A stretch of 64,000 bases of DNA from Pirellulales bacterium (lineage in GTDB: Bacteria > Planctomycetota > Planctomycetia > Pirellulales > Lacipirellulaceae). Made by a program: the position numbers and the translations under genes. The stretch lies in assembly GCA_041737535.1 (NCBI GenBank), contig JBGSRO010000107.1:6399-70398 (forward strand), read 5' to 3'. Positions 63,881-64,000 of the stretch are shown here, in pieces (positions within the stretch are counted from its first letter, which is position 1; every line of letters begins with the position of its first letter). Under the pieces are notes generated by a model. That model made no database searches, was not told the DNA's origin, and worked only from the letters and a program-made list of their open reading frames with translations.

Positions 63881-64000
63881 TCAAGAATTCCACCACAGGA
63901 TGTGAGCGAAGACGAGATGCAACAAGGCTTCGTAGTTTTTGGCCTTCTTTTCCCACCGCACCAGAATGCGGCGGTAGCGATTGAGCCACGAAGCGATACG
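63881..64000 (-). mobile_element. IS5-family (IS427/IS1031-group) transposase gene, 3' end; gene continues beyond the window
   Basis: Minus-strand translation …RIASWLNRYRRILVRWEKKAKNYEALLHLVFAHILWWNS* matches the conserved C-terminus of IS5-group DDE transposases. Confidence 0.6.

Noticed and set aside
63609-63989. 126-aa minus-strand ORF at the window end
   Set aside because: A different frame on the same strand and region gives a clean IS5-family transposase C-terminus. This frame has no recognisable features.

Overview
High-GC bacterial chromosome segment. Gene content suggests Planctomycetota: PEP-CTERM protein, a giant Gly-rich secreted VWA protein, an acidic-N-terminus RpoD. This attribution is inferred, not verified. 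Housekeeping content: a complete Na+-translocating NADH:quinone oxidoreductase operon (nqrABCDEF-apbE-nqrM, minus strand); asnS; an opgG-opgH periplasmic-glucan operon with an adjacent glycoside hydrolase; rpoD; a second sigma-70 factor; rpsA; rph; aroH-class chorismate mutase; ugd; class II fbaA; an HD-GYP protein; an M50 protease. Accessory content: an ~11 kb integrase-bearing genomic island inserted at tRNA-Phe (12.6-23.7 kb). It is bounded by a 58-bp direct repeat of the tRNA 3' end and is followed by a tRNA-Ser. The island carries an S49 prohead-type protease, a ClpP-fold protein, HTH proteins, a tandem pair of tyrosine recombinases (one degenerate), and a family of GC-rich palindromic repeats. 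Several repeat copies sit immediately after stop codons and two lie in-frame inside genes. The most system-like candidate for novelty is a three-gene plus-strand operon at 0.2-3.0 kb: a TM-anchored FGE/sulfatase-modifying-factor domain protein, a zinc-ribbon small Ras-like GTPase, and a small helical protein. Further candidates are a pair of paralogous membrane-associated DUF697-type GTPases with a zinc-ribbon membrane protein (33-36.9 kb), and long inverted repeats/palindromes upstream of fbaA and rpsA. The window ends inside an IS5-family transposase gene. All calls rest on motif recognition by eye; no database searches were run.
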